From Mantamonas sphyraenae STR306 (Eukaryota; Protista; CRuMs): a stretch of 64,000 nucleotides of DNA. Below, in pieces: positions 1-12,423 of the stretch. The DNA lies in contig JAPMXV010000008.1 of NCBI GenBank assembly GCA_026936335.1, positions 278,177 through 342,176 of the forward strand. Reading direction: 5' to 3'. The notes under the pieces are model-generated. The model was not told the origin of the DNA. It searched no databases and saw only the letters and a list, made by a program, of their open reading frames with translations. The first letter of the stretch is position 1. The number at the start of each line of letters is the position of its first letter. Position numbers and translations under genes: made by a program.

Positions 1-3000
1 TCGAAGCGGGCCCTCGTGAGTCGCCAATCTTCCATCTCCTTGGCCAGTGTGCGCTCGGCCTCCTCACGCGCGAGGTCTGCCTGGTGTGCGTCGCGCTTGG
101 CCTTGCTCACGGCGTCAGTCTGGTTCTGCACCTTGTCCTGCAGTTGCGCCACCTGATGCGCCAGCTCGTCCTTGCCTGTGCTTGTCGCGTGTTGCAGGTG
201 CTTCAGCTTGTCCAGGGCGCTTGACAGCTGGCTAACCTTTTCCGTGAGGCCATTGATGGTGCGCTCGGTGCGCTCCTTGTCCTCGGCCAGCCGCTCTTCC
301 AGCGCCGCTTTTTGCTCGGCCATCTGACCGTGCTCCTTTGCCAGCTTCTCGTTGTGACTGCGCAGATGCACAAGCTCCTTGTGCTCTTTGGCCAGTTCTT
401 CGGCCACCTGCGCCGACTCGCGCTGCACGCTGTCCATGTCCGTGGCCAGCTTGGAGTGTGTTTCCTGGCCTCGCTTTTGCGCCTCCAACAGCGCCTGTTT
501 GAGCTCCTGCACCTGGCCATTGGCAGTGGACAGGCGCCACGTCAGCAAAATGGACGACTTGATCTTCTGGCGCCACTTCTGGCGGAAATCACCGGCCTGC
601 AGCTCGAGTTCGTGTTCGCGCTTCTCGGCCGCCTCAGCCGCTCGTATGGACGCCACCTTGAGGTTGTCCAGCTCCTTTTGTACGGCCTTGCGTGCATCCT
701 CTTCACGCTCCTGGGCCTGCGTCCACTCTTCGACGCTTGCCTGCAGGTTGTTGATGGTGCTTGTCATCTGCTTGCGCGCTCGGCCAACCACGTGTCCCGC
801 TCCACATCCATGGCGCGTGCTGTTTCGTCGGCAGCGGCCTCCAAGTCGGCAATGGTTGCGCGCAGCGTGGTGATCTTCTGGCGCATTTCCGTCTCTGCAA
901 CCAGGGTCTCGTTGCTCTGCTCCTTCATGCGCACTTGCACGCGTTGCATCTCCTCCTTGGCACTGTCGGCCTGCTGCTGGGCAGCCACGGCCGTGCGTTG
1001 GAAATCTTCCGCCTGGGTGGTGGCTGCGCGCAGCTGCTCCTGCAGGTTGATGTTTTCGTTTGTGATCTTGCTGAGCTCGTCTGTGAGCTGGGAGATCTTG
1101 GCCATGTTGCGTGCGTTGTGCTCCTCCATGGTGCTGCGCACTGTGGCCAGGGTCTTTTCCACCTGTTGCTTGTCGTGAAGCACGGTGGATGTGTTGCGGT
1201 GCAGAGTTTCGATCTTGGTGGTCGCCTTGCTGAGCTCCTTGTTCAGGTTGTCGCGCGCCTTGATGTACTCCTTGAGCTTGGACTTTTGCTCGCCCAGAGC
1301 CGTCTCCAGCCTTGCACGCTGCTTGACTTCCTGCTCATACTTGCGGTTGAGCTCGTCCAGCTGGCGAACACGCTGCTTCTCCGCTCCCTGCGCGTCCGTT
1401 GCCTTCTTTTGTGCTTCGCGCAGCTCGTGCAGCTGTGCATTGCCCCGTTTGACCTCCTGCTCGTACTTGCCTTGCCACTTGGCCGTGTTGCCGCGCTCAC
1501 GTTCGACGTCGGTGAGCGCCCGCTGCAGCTGCATCTTGAGCTCAGCCACCTCGTGCGCGTGTGCACGTTCCTTGGCCACCTGAGCTGTGCCCTGCGACTT
1601 GAGCAGCTGCTGGGTTTGCTTGTGCTCAGCGTTGGCCTTGCTCAGCTGGTCGGCCAGGTCTGCGGCGTGAGCTGCGTTCTTGTCACACGCCGCGGTGATG
1701 CGCGCAAGTTCGCGCTCCAGACGTTGGTTTTCGCGCTCCAATTCCTTGCGCGCTGTGTTGAGGTCGCCCTTTTCGGCGCTGGCCGCCTTTTCCTGTGCAC
1801 GCAGAGCCAGGTTCCTCTCGTTGATCTTGATCTGGCTCTCCTCCAACTCCTTGTGGTAGATCTCTGCCTGCTCCTGTGCGCTGCGCATGGCACGCTGCAT
1901 GCTCTCCTTGGCCACAGTCTGTTGTGCAAGCTGGTTGCGTGTCTCTTCCAGGGCCGCGCGCAGCTCCTTGATGTCTGCACTTTGGATCTTGGCGTTCTCC
2001 TCGTGCGTCGTGTGCATGGCCTCTGCCTTGTGGCGCTCTGTCTCCAGAGTGCGCACTGTGTTGTCCAGTTCCTTCTGCAGGTCTGCTGCGCGGTCGCTCA
2101 GCAGGTTGCGCTCTTTGTTGACTTCGTTGTAGCGCTGTTCGAGTTCGTTCAGATTTGTGCGCACGGTGAGGTGGTCGTGCTGCAGCGCAGTGTGCGTGCG
2201 CTCCAGGCTCTCAAGCTTGCTGGTGGCAGCTTCGGCGGCGTTGGTCTCGCGGCGAAGCTGATCCTTGAGCTCCTGCAGGGAATGCATGCCCTCCTGGATC
2301 TTGGCCTGGGCGGCCGCAAAGTTTGCGTCCACTTGCTCGCGTGCACGCTTGGCGTGTTCCACGGCTCCCTCGGAAGCCTTGAGCTTGGTCGCCAGCTGCT
2401 TGTTGCTGTTGGCAAAGTGGGTGACCAAGGCACTGAGTGTTTCTTGGGCGGAACGCAGATCCGTGCCCTTGACCTTGCGTGTCAGGCTGACAGGCAGTGC
2501 GGCCGAGGACGATGCGCCCGACGACTGTTCACCAGCCAATGAGGCAGCTTCCTCCTGCAGGGAGTGGACAAAGGTCATGAAGCTGCTGATGCTCTTCTGG
2601 GCGTTTGTGCGCTGGCGTTCGGCGTTGTCAACCTCAAACTGCAGCTTCTTGTAGTCTTGGCTGGCCTGGGCCAACTCGTCCTTGAGAGAGGCGGCCAGTC
2701 GCTCGGTTTGCTCCAGTTTCTCGCGCTTGCGCTGCAGCTCCAGGCTCAGCGCATCGCGCTCTCGTTGCAGCCCACCGACGTCCGCCTGCAGACGCTGGTT
2801 CTCAGCGGTGCTCTGGAGTGGTGCGCGAAGGAGGAGGCGCAAGGGTACGCGGCCACAATGTGGATTTTGGTGAGTGAGTGTGAGGGCGCGTGTGAGCGTG
2901 TGCGAGGGTGGACGGGGGGAAATTTTTGACATGGGCGACAAAAGGACCGTGTGTACAGGGTGGAGTGTGGCGGAGGGCCAATGGATGGCCTGCACAAAGG

Positions 3001-3969
3001 GAGATGCAGAGTCGCTGTGGATTGGATGTGCGTGTGGACAAAGGGTCCGGGGCTGGTTCGGGATGGAGGGGCGGGTTGGGCGCATGTGGCCGTTGGCCGC
3101 GTCGGACAAAGATTGCAAAAGGGGCAAGGAAGGGCCGGAACTCACCTTGTTGAGGTCGTTCTTGATCTGGCGGTATGCCAGGCGCTCATTCTCGAGGGTA
3201 ATGTCACGCTCATTGAGGGTGGCGGCGTACTGGTCTCGCTGGTTGATGGTGGCCTCGAGCTTATCTGAAAGGGCCTTGATGGAGCGACGGTGCTCCTCGT
3301 TTTCCTTCTCGCGTGTCTGGTTGAGGCTGGTGTTGTTGTAACTGAGCGAGTGGTTGGTTGCTTCCATGGCCTTGAGGCTGTCCTGGTCGGCATTGACCTG
3401 CTCCTCAAGCTGCAGGATGACCTGAGAGGCCTCTTGCAGTTTGCTGCGAAGCGACGTGTTTTCAGCCACGACTCCGTCCAGAGTTTCCTCCAGGCCGGCC
3501 TTTTCGGCGTGGGTGTTGCGCAGCTGATCCTTCAAAGATGCAGCTCCACCTGTGATGTGCACACGAGGTGGCGAGCGCGACGAGTCACCGTAGGTGAACG
3601 AGTTGGGGCTGCCGCGTGACGAGGCAGAGGGGCTCGAGGGCGAACTTGCGCGCAACGAGCTGTAGCTGCTGCTCAGGGAGCTTGCCGTCGAAGCACGCGT
3701 CTTTGCAGATTTCAGCGCGCGTCGGCGCCGTTGTTGCAGTTGCTGCTTCCGGGTTTCCGTCTCCTGCATCATCTGAAGCAAGCGAGAATCGGTTTCGCCT
3801 TCGCCATCTGCACGGAAAATCACCAGGGGGTGCGCCAGCGTGACACGCATCGAGTGCACAGCAAGTGTGTGTGTGTGAGTGATGTGCAGGCAAAAGGCGT
3901 GACTAAGAAGCGGGGGCGTGCAAACGTACATGACGATGCCGAGCCGAGGCTACTGCTGAGATCGCTCAT
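1..3969 (-). CDS. Large coiled-coil protein (centrosomal/cytoskeletal-like); 3' end runs off the window; apparent frameshift near 775
   Basis: Exon 1 MSDLSSSLGSASS (3969-3930); GT-AG introns ~3929-3808 and ~3145-2813; long E/Q/K/L heptad-rich ORF; coding-like sequence continues to position 1 in another frame after GAGCGCGCAAG. Confidence 0.8.
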
Positions 3970-4159
3970 CGAGGCAGAAGGGTGCTTTCGGGTTGGGTCG
4001 GTGCGGGCGACATGTGGGGCAGGGAAGCCACTTGTGTGGGAGAACGGCAGCAGAAGCGAGGGATGTGAGGGATGAAGGAGGGGCACATGGACAGAGTCGA
4101 GGGCATGACGAGATGTGATGGAGGAAGGACCGCCAACCACCCCAACACAAAACTCGCCC

Positions 4160-5519
4160 ATGAAGACTGCTGCTGTCCTGTTTGTTGCAGCCATGCTGAT
4201 GGCATGCTGTGTGGAGGCCAGCGGGAGCGTGCCGACGTTTGTGTGGGGGTCGAAGGGGTATGTGGGGAGGCTGGGACAGTGGGCCGGAGAGGGGAGGAGG
4301 CCCGCGTAAGGCTGACGCGTCTTGAGGGACTCGCACGCACAGAATGCTGAGTGAACAGGCTCAGGAACAGGAGGATGTACAAGAAAGCAGCCACGAGGAA
4401 GTGGTGGACATGGTGGGCAGCCTGGTGAACGGCCAGGAGGCACAGGGCAACGTGAGTTTTGGCCAGTCCACGCATTTCGCCCTCTTTCCCGACCCCCGAC
4501 TGTCCCTACGCGTAGCGGACGTCGGAGAAGCGCCATGACGAAGAAACTAGAGTGCCCCACTACGGTGGTGGTATCAGAGAGGGACAGGGCGTACGCGTCC
4601 GCCTCGAAAAGTGATTGATCTATCTATGTTTCCTTTCATTGCTAGATAGTAGCTGAGCGCAAAATTTCGCACGCAGCCGACGTGCTCCTTACACGTGCCC
4701 CGGTCGATGCACAAGGCTGTTTCCCCATTGTTTTTGCTTCCCCCCTTTGCGCCACGTACTCACATCATAGCACACACCTCCGATCCATGGTAGTCTGCGC
4801 TGCGGGACATTGTGTCTTCCGAGGCGCAGCCGCAGGTGGTTGTCGTCTTTGTGCACCCGGGACTGCGTGAGGACGAAGCTGCACGATACGGTGGAGCACA
4901 TGCAGAGGACGAGGCATCGACCTCGTCGCTGGAAGCTCTGAAGAAGGCTGTGTCTGCCAAGAGCCAGGCTCGTGTGGTGTCGCACACGCGCGTGTTTTCC
5001 GACGCCCAGGAGCTCGAGTCGCGCCTGCGCATGCTGGCTGCCCATGTGGTGGACACGTCTGACAACCAGCAGGAGCTGCCCACGCAGAAGCTGGCGTCGT
5101 CCAAGGGCACGCAGCTTGTGCTTGTGCCTCTCCGCGCAGAGGCCTCCCTGAAGGAGCGCCACGAGCAGCTCAAGGCTGCCGATACCCAGATGGCATCTGT
5201 GCTGCGCAGTTTGGAGCAGGCCAAGCTGTCCCATGTGGCAGTTCTCACCTCGGCCCAGGCCAACCAGCCCAACCTTCAGCTCAACTTTGCCGAGCAGGTG
5301 CTTGCCCACGGCCGCCAGCTCATGGAAGTCCGTCTCGGCGACGCAGATGGCAACACCACCACCCCTGACAACGTCGTGTACGACACCTACTTCCCTGCCT
5401 TTGTTATCCAGGGGTACATGGCAGTCTTCCCCATTCTCCTCTTCTCCTGCATGGGCGTTTGCTACACCTGCTACGTCCAGGGTCCCAAGACCTTCCTCAG
5501 CCTCGAGGAAGATGATTAA
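4160..5519 (+). CDS. Type I membrane protein, V-ATPase accessory subunit Ac45/VOA1-like
   Basis: Signal peptide MKTAAVLFVAAMLMACCVEA followed by VPTFVW; introns ~4258-4343 and 4452-4793; C-terminal YFPAFVIQG-TM-VQGPKTF resembles the Ac45/VOA1 TM motif. Confidence 0.6.
4530..4660 (+). ncRNA. Intronic box C/D snoRNA, predicted guide for the LSU rRNA uridine equivalent to yeast U2347 (snR65/SNORD17-like)
   Basis: GCGC terminal stem; C box ATGACGA 4535-4541; C'-like GTGATTGA 4611-4618; D box CTGA 4653-4656 preceded by GCTAGATAGTAG, complementary to conserved LSU rRNA CUACUAUCUAGC (recalled sequence). Confidence 0.8.
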
Positions 5520-5615
5520 GCAGACGGGAAGCGGACAGTGTCTGCCACGCACAATCTCCAACGAAATGGACCACCCTCTTTTTTCATCAACACTTTTGGG
5601 CCTGCTGCCGCCCGT

Positions 5616-6617
5616 TCACACCACCCCGCCGCTCTTTTCCGTCAACGTCTCGACAAACATCACGTTGGCTTGCTCCCACTCCGTGACACGCTCGCGCAGA
5701 TGCGTCTCCACACGCTGGCTGTTGACAAACTGGTTCTTGAATTCGTAGCGCTCGCGCTGTGGTTCCATGTCAACAGCAAAGTCCGTCACTGGCGGTGTCA
5801 GCAAAAGGTGCTCCGGACAATGTGCACCCTGGTTCTGCAGCCAGGTGGGCGTGCCGACGTCTGTTCCGGGGCCACCCTGTGTCCCCTCTGCTCGCAAACT
5901 CACAATTTGGTTCTGCAGCTCCTTCTGCGCCTTTTTCATCACATCCTGAATCTCTGCAATCTGTGCCTTTTCCTCGTCCACCTTTGTCTTGAGGAATTCT
6001 GTGCCGTGCCGTGTGCGGTGAGTGTCCGCGTGCGCCGTGTCAGCCCTCGTCAATCGCCGCCTCATTCAATTTTCCGCCGCTGGTCCTTTGGTCACCTCCC
6101 CTGCACCTGTGCATGGCCTGCACCTGACCATAAACTCACCAATCTCCTCCGTGTACCGTTGCGTGTGCACTTGAGTCTGTGATGAGTGCATGCGTGTGTC
6201 GTGTCAGTGCGCAGCGCTCCCTCGCGTTGTCATTGGCCCGCGCCACTTCTAGCCGTTGACGACACCCGAGCCGCAAAAACCTACCTCGGAGATCTCGGCC
6301 TGTGTCTGGCGGATGTCGTTCAGAATGAGAATAAGGTCCTGACTGATGGAGTCGGCCTTGTCCTGGTAGCGTGTGGCTTCGTTGGCCAGCAGGTCGGTGT
6401 TGAGCTTGACTTTGCTGGTCGCCGCTTTGTGGTTGTCAATCTGCTTCTTCACATCCTTGATGCGCTCCGCGGCACGGTCCCGCTCCTGGGTGCGCTTCTC
6501 CAGCAACGATGCATGCTCCTTCAGCTGGTCGGCAATGGTGGCCAGCGAGTTTTGTGCCGTGGCAATGGCCTGCTGGTGCTGCTTCCTGCGTTGACGAGAA
6601 CGTGAGCGCCCGACCAT
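5616..6617 (-). CDS. Coiled-coil hypothetical protein, about 3 exons
   Basis: ORF segments 6617-6284, ~6177-6139 and ~5997-5616 joined by GT-AG introns; heptad-rich. Confidence 0.6.
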
Positions 6618-6778
6618 GTTCGAAATGTTTGGGCCTGCCGTCGCACCTCCAATCCACGTGCATGGCCAGCTACCGACCAGACTGTACAACCTTTGTCACC
6701 CATTCGTGGTGTTGGGCTGTGTGTATGCGCATGCTCGGCCCCACTGCGCCTGGAGTTCCACTGCAACCTTCGCCTCGC

Positions 6779-8326
6779 ATGTTCCGCCGCTCAGCACGGG
6801 CCATGCCTGGATGCGGCGCCATGTCCCAGGCTTGTTTGGCCCCTTCCATTGCTGCGTGTGTGTCCGACGTCTCCCTGCATGCCGGACTCGCCACCTCGGC
6901 CGAACACGCCGAGGATCTCGACGTCGGCACACTTCACCCCAATGGACGCAGCTCCATCTTCTCCAGCATCGACGGAACGCAACCTGCCTCCAAAATCCGC
7001 ATCCCCAACATCACTATCCCCACGGGCTTTGAGAAAATCACCCAGACCATGGTCGAGGCCGTCTTCAGGAAAAAGTTCGGAGGTATGTCCGACCCGCTAT
7101 CTCTCCGTCTCTCTCCACACACAATGCTCACACTCTCCTTCGCCCCGTCTGTGCCTGCGTCTTCCGTTGCACCTATGTGTACGTACACCGTACTGCTCGC
7201 GTGCACATGCCTCTGGCGTTCCCGCTTGCCGCACAGTCGAGCCTTTTGAGGTCATCAAGGACGACCTTGCGCCGCTCACCACCAACGTGAAAAAGCTGCT
7301 CTCTTCCGACCACCCGGTCCTCTCCTCCGTCGCACAGTACTACTTTAATCTGCCGGGCAAGCTGTTTCGCCCGGCCATTGTTTTGCTCGTCTCTCATGCC
7401 CTGGCGCCCCTCACTGAGGCCAAGGCGATTGACTGGCGTCAGCAATCCCTTGCCGAGATCACAGAGATGATCCACGTGGCCTCACTGGTTCACGATGACG
7501 TCATCGACCATGCAGAAACACGCAGAGGCATTCCTGCTCTCAACAGGTGCGTGCCACGTGTGCATGGCCCTGCCTTTCCCGAGCGACCGTGGCCCGCATG
7601 TTGTTCCCTGCTGACCCCTCCCCTGCTCTCGCCCACCCCGTGTCCCACATCTACGCGCCACACAGGGAGTTTGACAACAAGACTGCCATCCTTACCGGTG
7701 ATTTCCTGCTTGCGCGTGCCTCTGTCAGCCTCGCGCGGCTCCGTGATCCCGAGGTGATTGATCTGCTTTCCAACGTCATTGCCGACCTCGTGGAGGGCGA
7801 ATTCATGCAGATGCGCACGCCCGCAGAAGAGCGCATGACCTTTGACTACTACCTGCGCAAGACATATCTCAAGACGGCCAGCCTGATCAGCAATAGCAGC
7901 CGCGCCGCAGCCATGCTCAACGGCACCGCAAACACAGACATGGAGCAGCTGGCCTTTGAGTACGGCAAGAACCTGGGCATTGCTTTTCAAATTGTCGATG
8001 ACCTCCTCGACTACACCCAGGATTCGCAGACACTGGGCAAGCCCGCAAACAACGACATCCGCGAGGGCATTGCCACCGCACCTGTCCTCTTTGCCGCCGA
8101 GGAATACCCTGAGCTCAATGAGCTCATCATTCGCCGCTTTCGCGACAAGGGCGATGTCGAAACAGCCCTCCATCTCGTCCACAAGAGTGACGGCATCGAG
8201 CGCACACGGCAGCTCGCGACAGCCTACATCCAAACCTGCCTGGACGCAGCGCGCGAAATGCCTCGCTGTGACGCTAGCCAAGCGCTCGAGGCTCTTGCGG
8301 TCAAAGTGGTCAACAGGGTGTCGTAG
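6779..8326 (+). CDS. PDSS1: Mitochondrial trans-polyprenyl (decaprenyl/solanesyl) diphosphate synthase
   Basis: GKLFRP, EMIHVASLVHDDVID, GDFLLA, KTASL, AFQIVDDLLD motifs; two introns (~7084-7236, ~7547-7665); N-terminal transit-like peptide. Confidence 0.92.
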
Positions 8327-8370
8327 GAGAGAGGGGGTGGGCGCAATTCATCTTTGGTTTTTCATTTTCC

Positions 8371-10151
8371 TCACCCAGACAGCGCGATGCCATTCAGAAT
8401 CAATTGGTACCCTTCTGGCACCTCGTCATGCGCCTGCACCAGCGCACAGATCTCCTTCAGGTCGTCGCTGACGCCCTCGAAAAAGTCGGTGAGGTAGAGC
8501 AAGAGGTGGAAGTCCGAGATGCGATCGATGTAGCTCTTCTTGCTGTTGGTGAGCTGGCCCTTGAGGTCCTGCACAGTGGGAGCCACCAGACGGTTGGATA
8601 CGGGAAAGGTCTCGTGGAGCATGCCGTCCTCGTAGGAGATTGGCACAGTGACAAGGAAGATGTCGTTGTCCACTTGCGTGACCTCCTTCAACTCCACCAG
8701 CACGGGGATCTTGCTGATGTACGAGAAGGCGAGGTTGTCGCCGTCGAGCGGGTCGTCCAGACGGTCTTCCTTGGCCAGAGCCAGGGCCTGGTCGGAAAAC
8801 TGGTATCCTTCTGCGCTGAGGCCACCGTCGCGCTGGCCTGCAAGGATGGTCACAAAGGTGTCGCTGTTCTGCAGCTGCAGCATGGCGCCTCGCTTCACTT
8901 CCCACGCACTGGCCACGTAGTTGCGTTCGTCGTGCGACTGGATCCAGCCCACCCATTCCATGCCCAGCGCCTCCACCAACTCGTTCACAGTCGTCTCCTT
9001 GGGGTCGTCCAGCAGGTCAAACCTGCCGTCATTGAATTCCTGCGGCGGTTCGTAGATGGCCTGCACCACCACTTCCGCCGTCTCTGTGTCGTCGTCAACA
9101 AGCACGTGGCCAAACAGAAAGCCCAGCCGGTGGCCACCGTACTGCTGATAGTACGTACCATATTGCCCCAGGGCCGCCTGACTCACTCGGATCTTGGTTG
9201 TGAACGAGTCTGTCTGGGGCTTGAGCTTGAACTTGCGCTCCTCCTCGCGCGACAGGCAGGCGATGCACGAGCCATTGGGACCGTGGTTCGAGCAACGCAC
9301 CTTTTCCGGCTCCTCCTCAAGCGTGCTGGGCAGGCAGTTGATGCACATGTCACGCGGCCCATGCTGGCACCTGTTCTTGTCCCTTTTTGTGTCTCGGCGC
9401 ACCCTGTGTGTGTGCTTTTCCTTGGCTTCCGCCTTGGCCGACTTCTTCACGCGAGTGCAGTTCGGGCACCGCGCGTTTGGGCCGTGCGTACACAGCCAGC
9501 GGATCTCCGTGCCTGGGCGCATCAATCCCCCACACACACATACACATACACACACGTGATGTCAGGCAGATAAAGGCCACCCGATGTCCGTGTCAGTTCC
9601 GTTGCCATGGCCTGCAGCAGAATTCCGGCCGGAAAACGCGTGGCTGCTTTCTTACCTTTGTAGTTCTCGGGCATGCAGTTTGCACAATACGAACGGCTGT
9701 CGTGGTTGCACTTCATCTTGCCTTCGGCCAGTTCCAGGTCCTTGCAGTTGATGCAGTTTTCGTTGGGGCCGTGCAGACACTTGGGTTTGATGCTCTTTTC
9801 GTTGAGGGCGTGGCCTTGTTTGCGTGACGACGACGATGACGACGACGACGACGACGATGAAGATGAAGAAGACGATGAAGATGAAGACGACGATGACGAC
9901 GACGACGACGATGACGATCCACTGCCACTCGCCTGCACGTACAACATGTCACCGTCCTCAAAGCCAAAGGTGCCGATGCGCGAGCTCGCGTCCAGCACCC
10001 CGCTCATGTTGGGCGTCTGCGCAAGAGTGATCGATGATGCGGTTGTCTTGTACACTTCGGCCACTTGCTGCATGAGAGCAAGCACCTTGGCCTGGTCGTC
10101 CATTTCAAACCGTTGTGTGCCTTCCTTGCCACGAACGCGCAAAAGCACCAT
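8371..10151 (-). CDS. NPL4: NPL4 (p97/Cdc48 cofactor): Ub-like N-terminus, repeated CxHG...CxxC zinc motifs, MPN domain
   Basis: MVLLRVRGKEG; CLHGPNENCINC-type repeats; RLGFLFG, AIYEPPQ, VGWIQSH, ISDFHLLLYL; intron ~9656-9513 (GTAAG). Confidence 0.9.
9827..9920. repeat. GAC/GAT/GAA trinucleotide tract encoding poly-Ser in NPL4
   Basis: About 30 consecutive TCG/TCA/TCT codons on the minus strand. Confidence 0.95.
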
Positions 10152-10201
10152 CTTTCTGGGTTTGTCTGCCGCACGCCGCGCAATGCGCCTCACACCCAGT
10201 T

Positions 10202-11659
10202 TCAAATCTGCAGCTTTTTCCGGAAACAGTGACTGAGGGTGTGTCTGACTGCGTGTGCACCCACCACCTCGGCCACAATCGTGTCTAGGTAGTCCCAAAG
10301 CTCAATGTCACGCACCGCGTCGCCAGGCACCTGGGCCAGGCTTTCACTCACGGCCTGCGCATCCCCAGCCAGAGTGTCCAAGCTTGTGCTCAAGTCGTGC
10401 GAGCCTGCTTCATGTTCCACATGTTCCACACTCTCCAGGGCACACCAGCGCGTCAACCTGTTGGCCACGTCGGCATCCACATCCAGGTGCCGACGTAGCG
10501 GATCCCACCTGCTAAGGCGCAGCTGACGCACATACTCTCGTGTTTGACCACGCCCTTTGACCCGTTCCACCACCTGGTCGACATACAGACGCATGGCAGA
10601 CAAACGCAGCAACGCGCGCTGCAGACACGTCTTGTTACGACCACTGCCACACGGAAGACGGTCCTCGTGGTTGCCAAGGTCGTCTTGCACCAGCTGCCGC
10701 GAGTACACTTGCTTCATGGGCCAGAATACGCCCGACTGGGACCACGATGCCACACTCACCGAGCTTGCAAGCGATTCCACGTGGTGGAACCAGTACGGTG
10801 GCACGTACAGGAGGTCACCAGGCTTCAATGTGACCTGTATGCCCTCTCGTGCCGCCTCGCGCAGCCTTGAATCCATTTTGGGTGTCATGGCGCGGTGTAG
10901 AGGCAGCTGCGATTTGTGCCACAGTGGATGCACCTTTGGAAACAGACTCAGCGGCCCGTGAGTCCATGGAGGAAACAGAGTGAACCGTTTGCTTCCCGTC
11001 ACATGTGCATACAGATTGTGGTCCGCGTCGCAGTGTGTGTGTTGAACAGGACCTGCCGAACCTACCCACAGCGTTGCAAACCTGCGTGCTGCATCGCTGT
11101 CGTGCTGCCACATCCACTCATTCGGTTCCACGTCTCCAGCTAGCTTGCTGGGAATGTCACCAAACCAGTAGATGCTCCCGTTGCCCTGGCCTTGAATCTC
11201 CTTCCGGGCAAGTTCACCAAACAACTCCACCGCGCTCATGTTGCGTGTTGTGAACGCCGTCCTCCATTCCATGTGCGGTCCTGGGTTACGTGCCAGGGCC
11301 GTGCGCATGTCCAAGTGCGTGTACACGTTTGGAGGGCCGCTTTGCTTCACGTCTTCCAGTGTCTGCTCGCCAAACGCCTCGGCCACGTATGTCCAGTTTG
11401 TCCACTTGCGCACTGCGGGCCACTGTGCTACCACAGAGCCACGGAGCACGTGCGGCCGCGCTCCTGCAATTAGATGGCGTGCAAAGTCGGCACGTCCGTC
11501 CCACTCGCTCACCTCGACCGAATCCAGCTCGAGGGCGTCCAACACGCGCACAGCGTCAACTTCCTGCGTGGCCATGTGGCCCACGTGGTCAAACAGGTCG
11601 CCTGTTGCTATGCAAACTGACATGGTCAGCAGCAGCCACAGCCGCAGTCGCTTGCTCAT
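10202..11659 (-). CDS. JmjC-domain 2OG/Fe(II) oxygenase (cupin_8, KDM8/FIH-like) with signal peptide
   Basis: WPAVRKW, LWVG...THCD (HxD), GSKRFTLFPP, LKPGDLLYVPPYWFHHVES; hydrophobic N-terminus MSKRLRLWLLLTMSVCIATG; intronless. Confidence 0.85.
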   Translation of the reverse strand: MSKRLRLWLLLTMSVCIATGDLFDHVGHMATQEVDAVRVLDALELDSVEVSEWDGRADFARHLIAGARPHVLRGSVVAQWPAVRKWTNWTYVAEAFGEQTLEDVKQSGPPNVYTHLDMRTALARNPGPHMEWRTAFTTRNMSAVELFGELARKEIQGQGNGSIYWFGDIPSKLAGDVEPNEWMWQHDSDAARRFATLWVGSAGPVQHTHCDADHNLYAHVTGSKRFTLFPPWTHGPLSLFPKVHPLWHKSQLPLHRAMTPKMDSRLREAAREGIQVTLKPGDLLYVPPYWFHHVESLASSVSVASWSQSGVFWPMKQVYSRQLVQDDLGNHEDRLPCGSGRNKTCLQRALLRLSAMRLYVDQVVERVKGRGQTREYVRQLRLSRWDPLRRHLDVDADVANRLTRWCALESVEHVEHEAGSHDLSTSLDTLAGDAQAVSESLAQVPGDAVRDIELWDYLDTIVAEVVGAHAVRHTLSHCFRKKLQI

Positions 11660-11721
11660 CCTGCCCCCTGCCCTGGCCAGTCCAGCGCATTTCCTGCATT
11701 GCCGCTTCACATCCGGCAGCC

Positions 11722-12280
11722 ATGTCCAGCACCATGAGCAAGCGCAGGCTCATGAAGGAAATGAAAAAGTTTGAGAAGGACGCTGTGGAGGGCTTGGAAC
11801 TCCAGGAAGTCGAGGACGTCAACTGGTGCGTTTGCACACACGCCCACCTCCCATGTCTTGACAACGTGGATGCTCACCCTCTGTTTGCCGTCTCCCAAAT
11901 CGTCCACCTCACGCTCCGCCCTCAGCTGGACTGTCAAGCTCACAGGAGCCCCCGAGTCGTTGTACGAGGGCGAGGAGTACCTTCTTCAGGTCAAGTTTGA
12001 CTCGAGCTACCCAATCGACCCGCCCGAGATCAAGTTTGTGGGTGACAAGGTACCCCTCCACGAACATGTCTACTCCAATGGCTTTCTTTGCCTTTCTGTC
12101 CTCTACAGCGACGGGGAATACTCGCCTGCCCTGTCAATCCAGGCCCTGTGCCTCTCCATCCTCTCTATGCTCTCCTCCGCCACGGAGAAGAAGGCACCCC
12201 CCGACGACGATTCTCTCAGCAGGTCTCGTGTCAAGGATGCACGCACGGTCTCATGGGACTTTCACGACGACTCATGCTGA
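11722..12280 (+). CDS. UBE2W: Ubiquitin-conjugating enzyme E2 W
   Basis: KRRLMKEM, YPIDPP, HEHVYSNGFLCLSVL, LSILSMLSSA, C-terminal WDFHDD; intron ~11826-11925. Confidence 0.88.
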
Positions 12281-12423
12281 CGTGTGAGGGGACAATTGTT
12301 CATCATTTGAAAACGCTTTCCGTCCGATCCCTGCACACATCCAACAACCCTCCGCACATCCCCACCTCCAACCCGTCTCGATGGCTCATGCGTGTCTGCA
12401 TGCTGCATGATGGCCCCGGTCCC

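Noticed and set aside
761-2542. Long plus-strand Leu/Val-rich ORF (and similar ones at 8404-9573+, 15932-17863-, 36783-37967+, 55931-58147-, 60742-62040+)
   Set aside because: Antisense shadows of real genes, caused by GC-rich codon bias; no motifs of their own
4530-4660. U3 or U14 snoRNA
   Set aside because: No box A/B or 18S-complementary domains seen; the D-adjacent guide fits LSU rRNA instead
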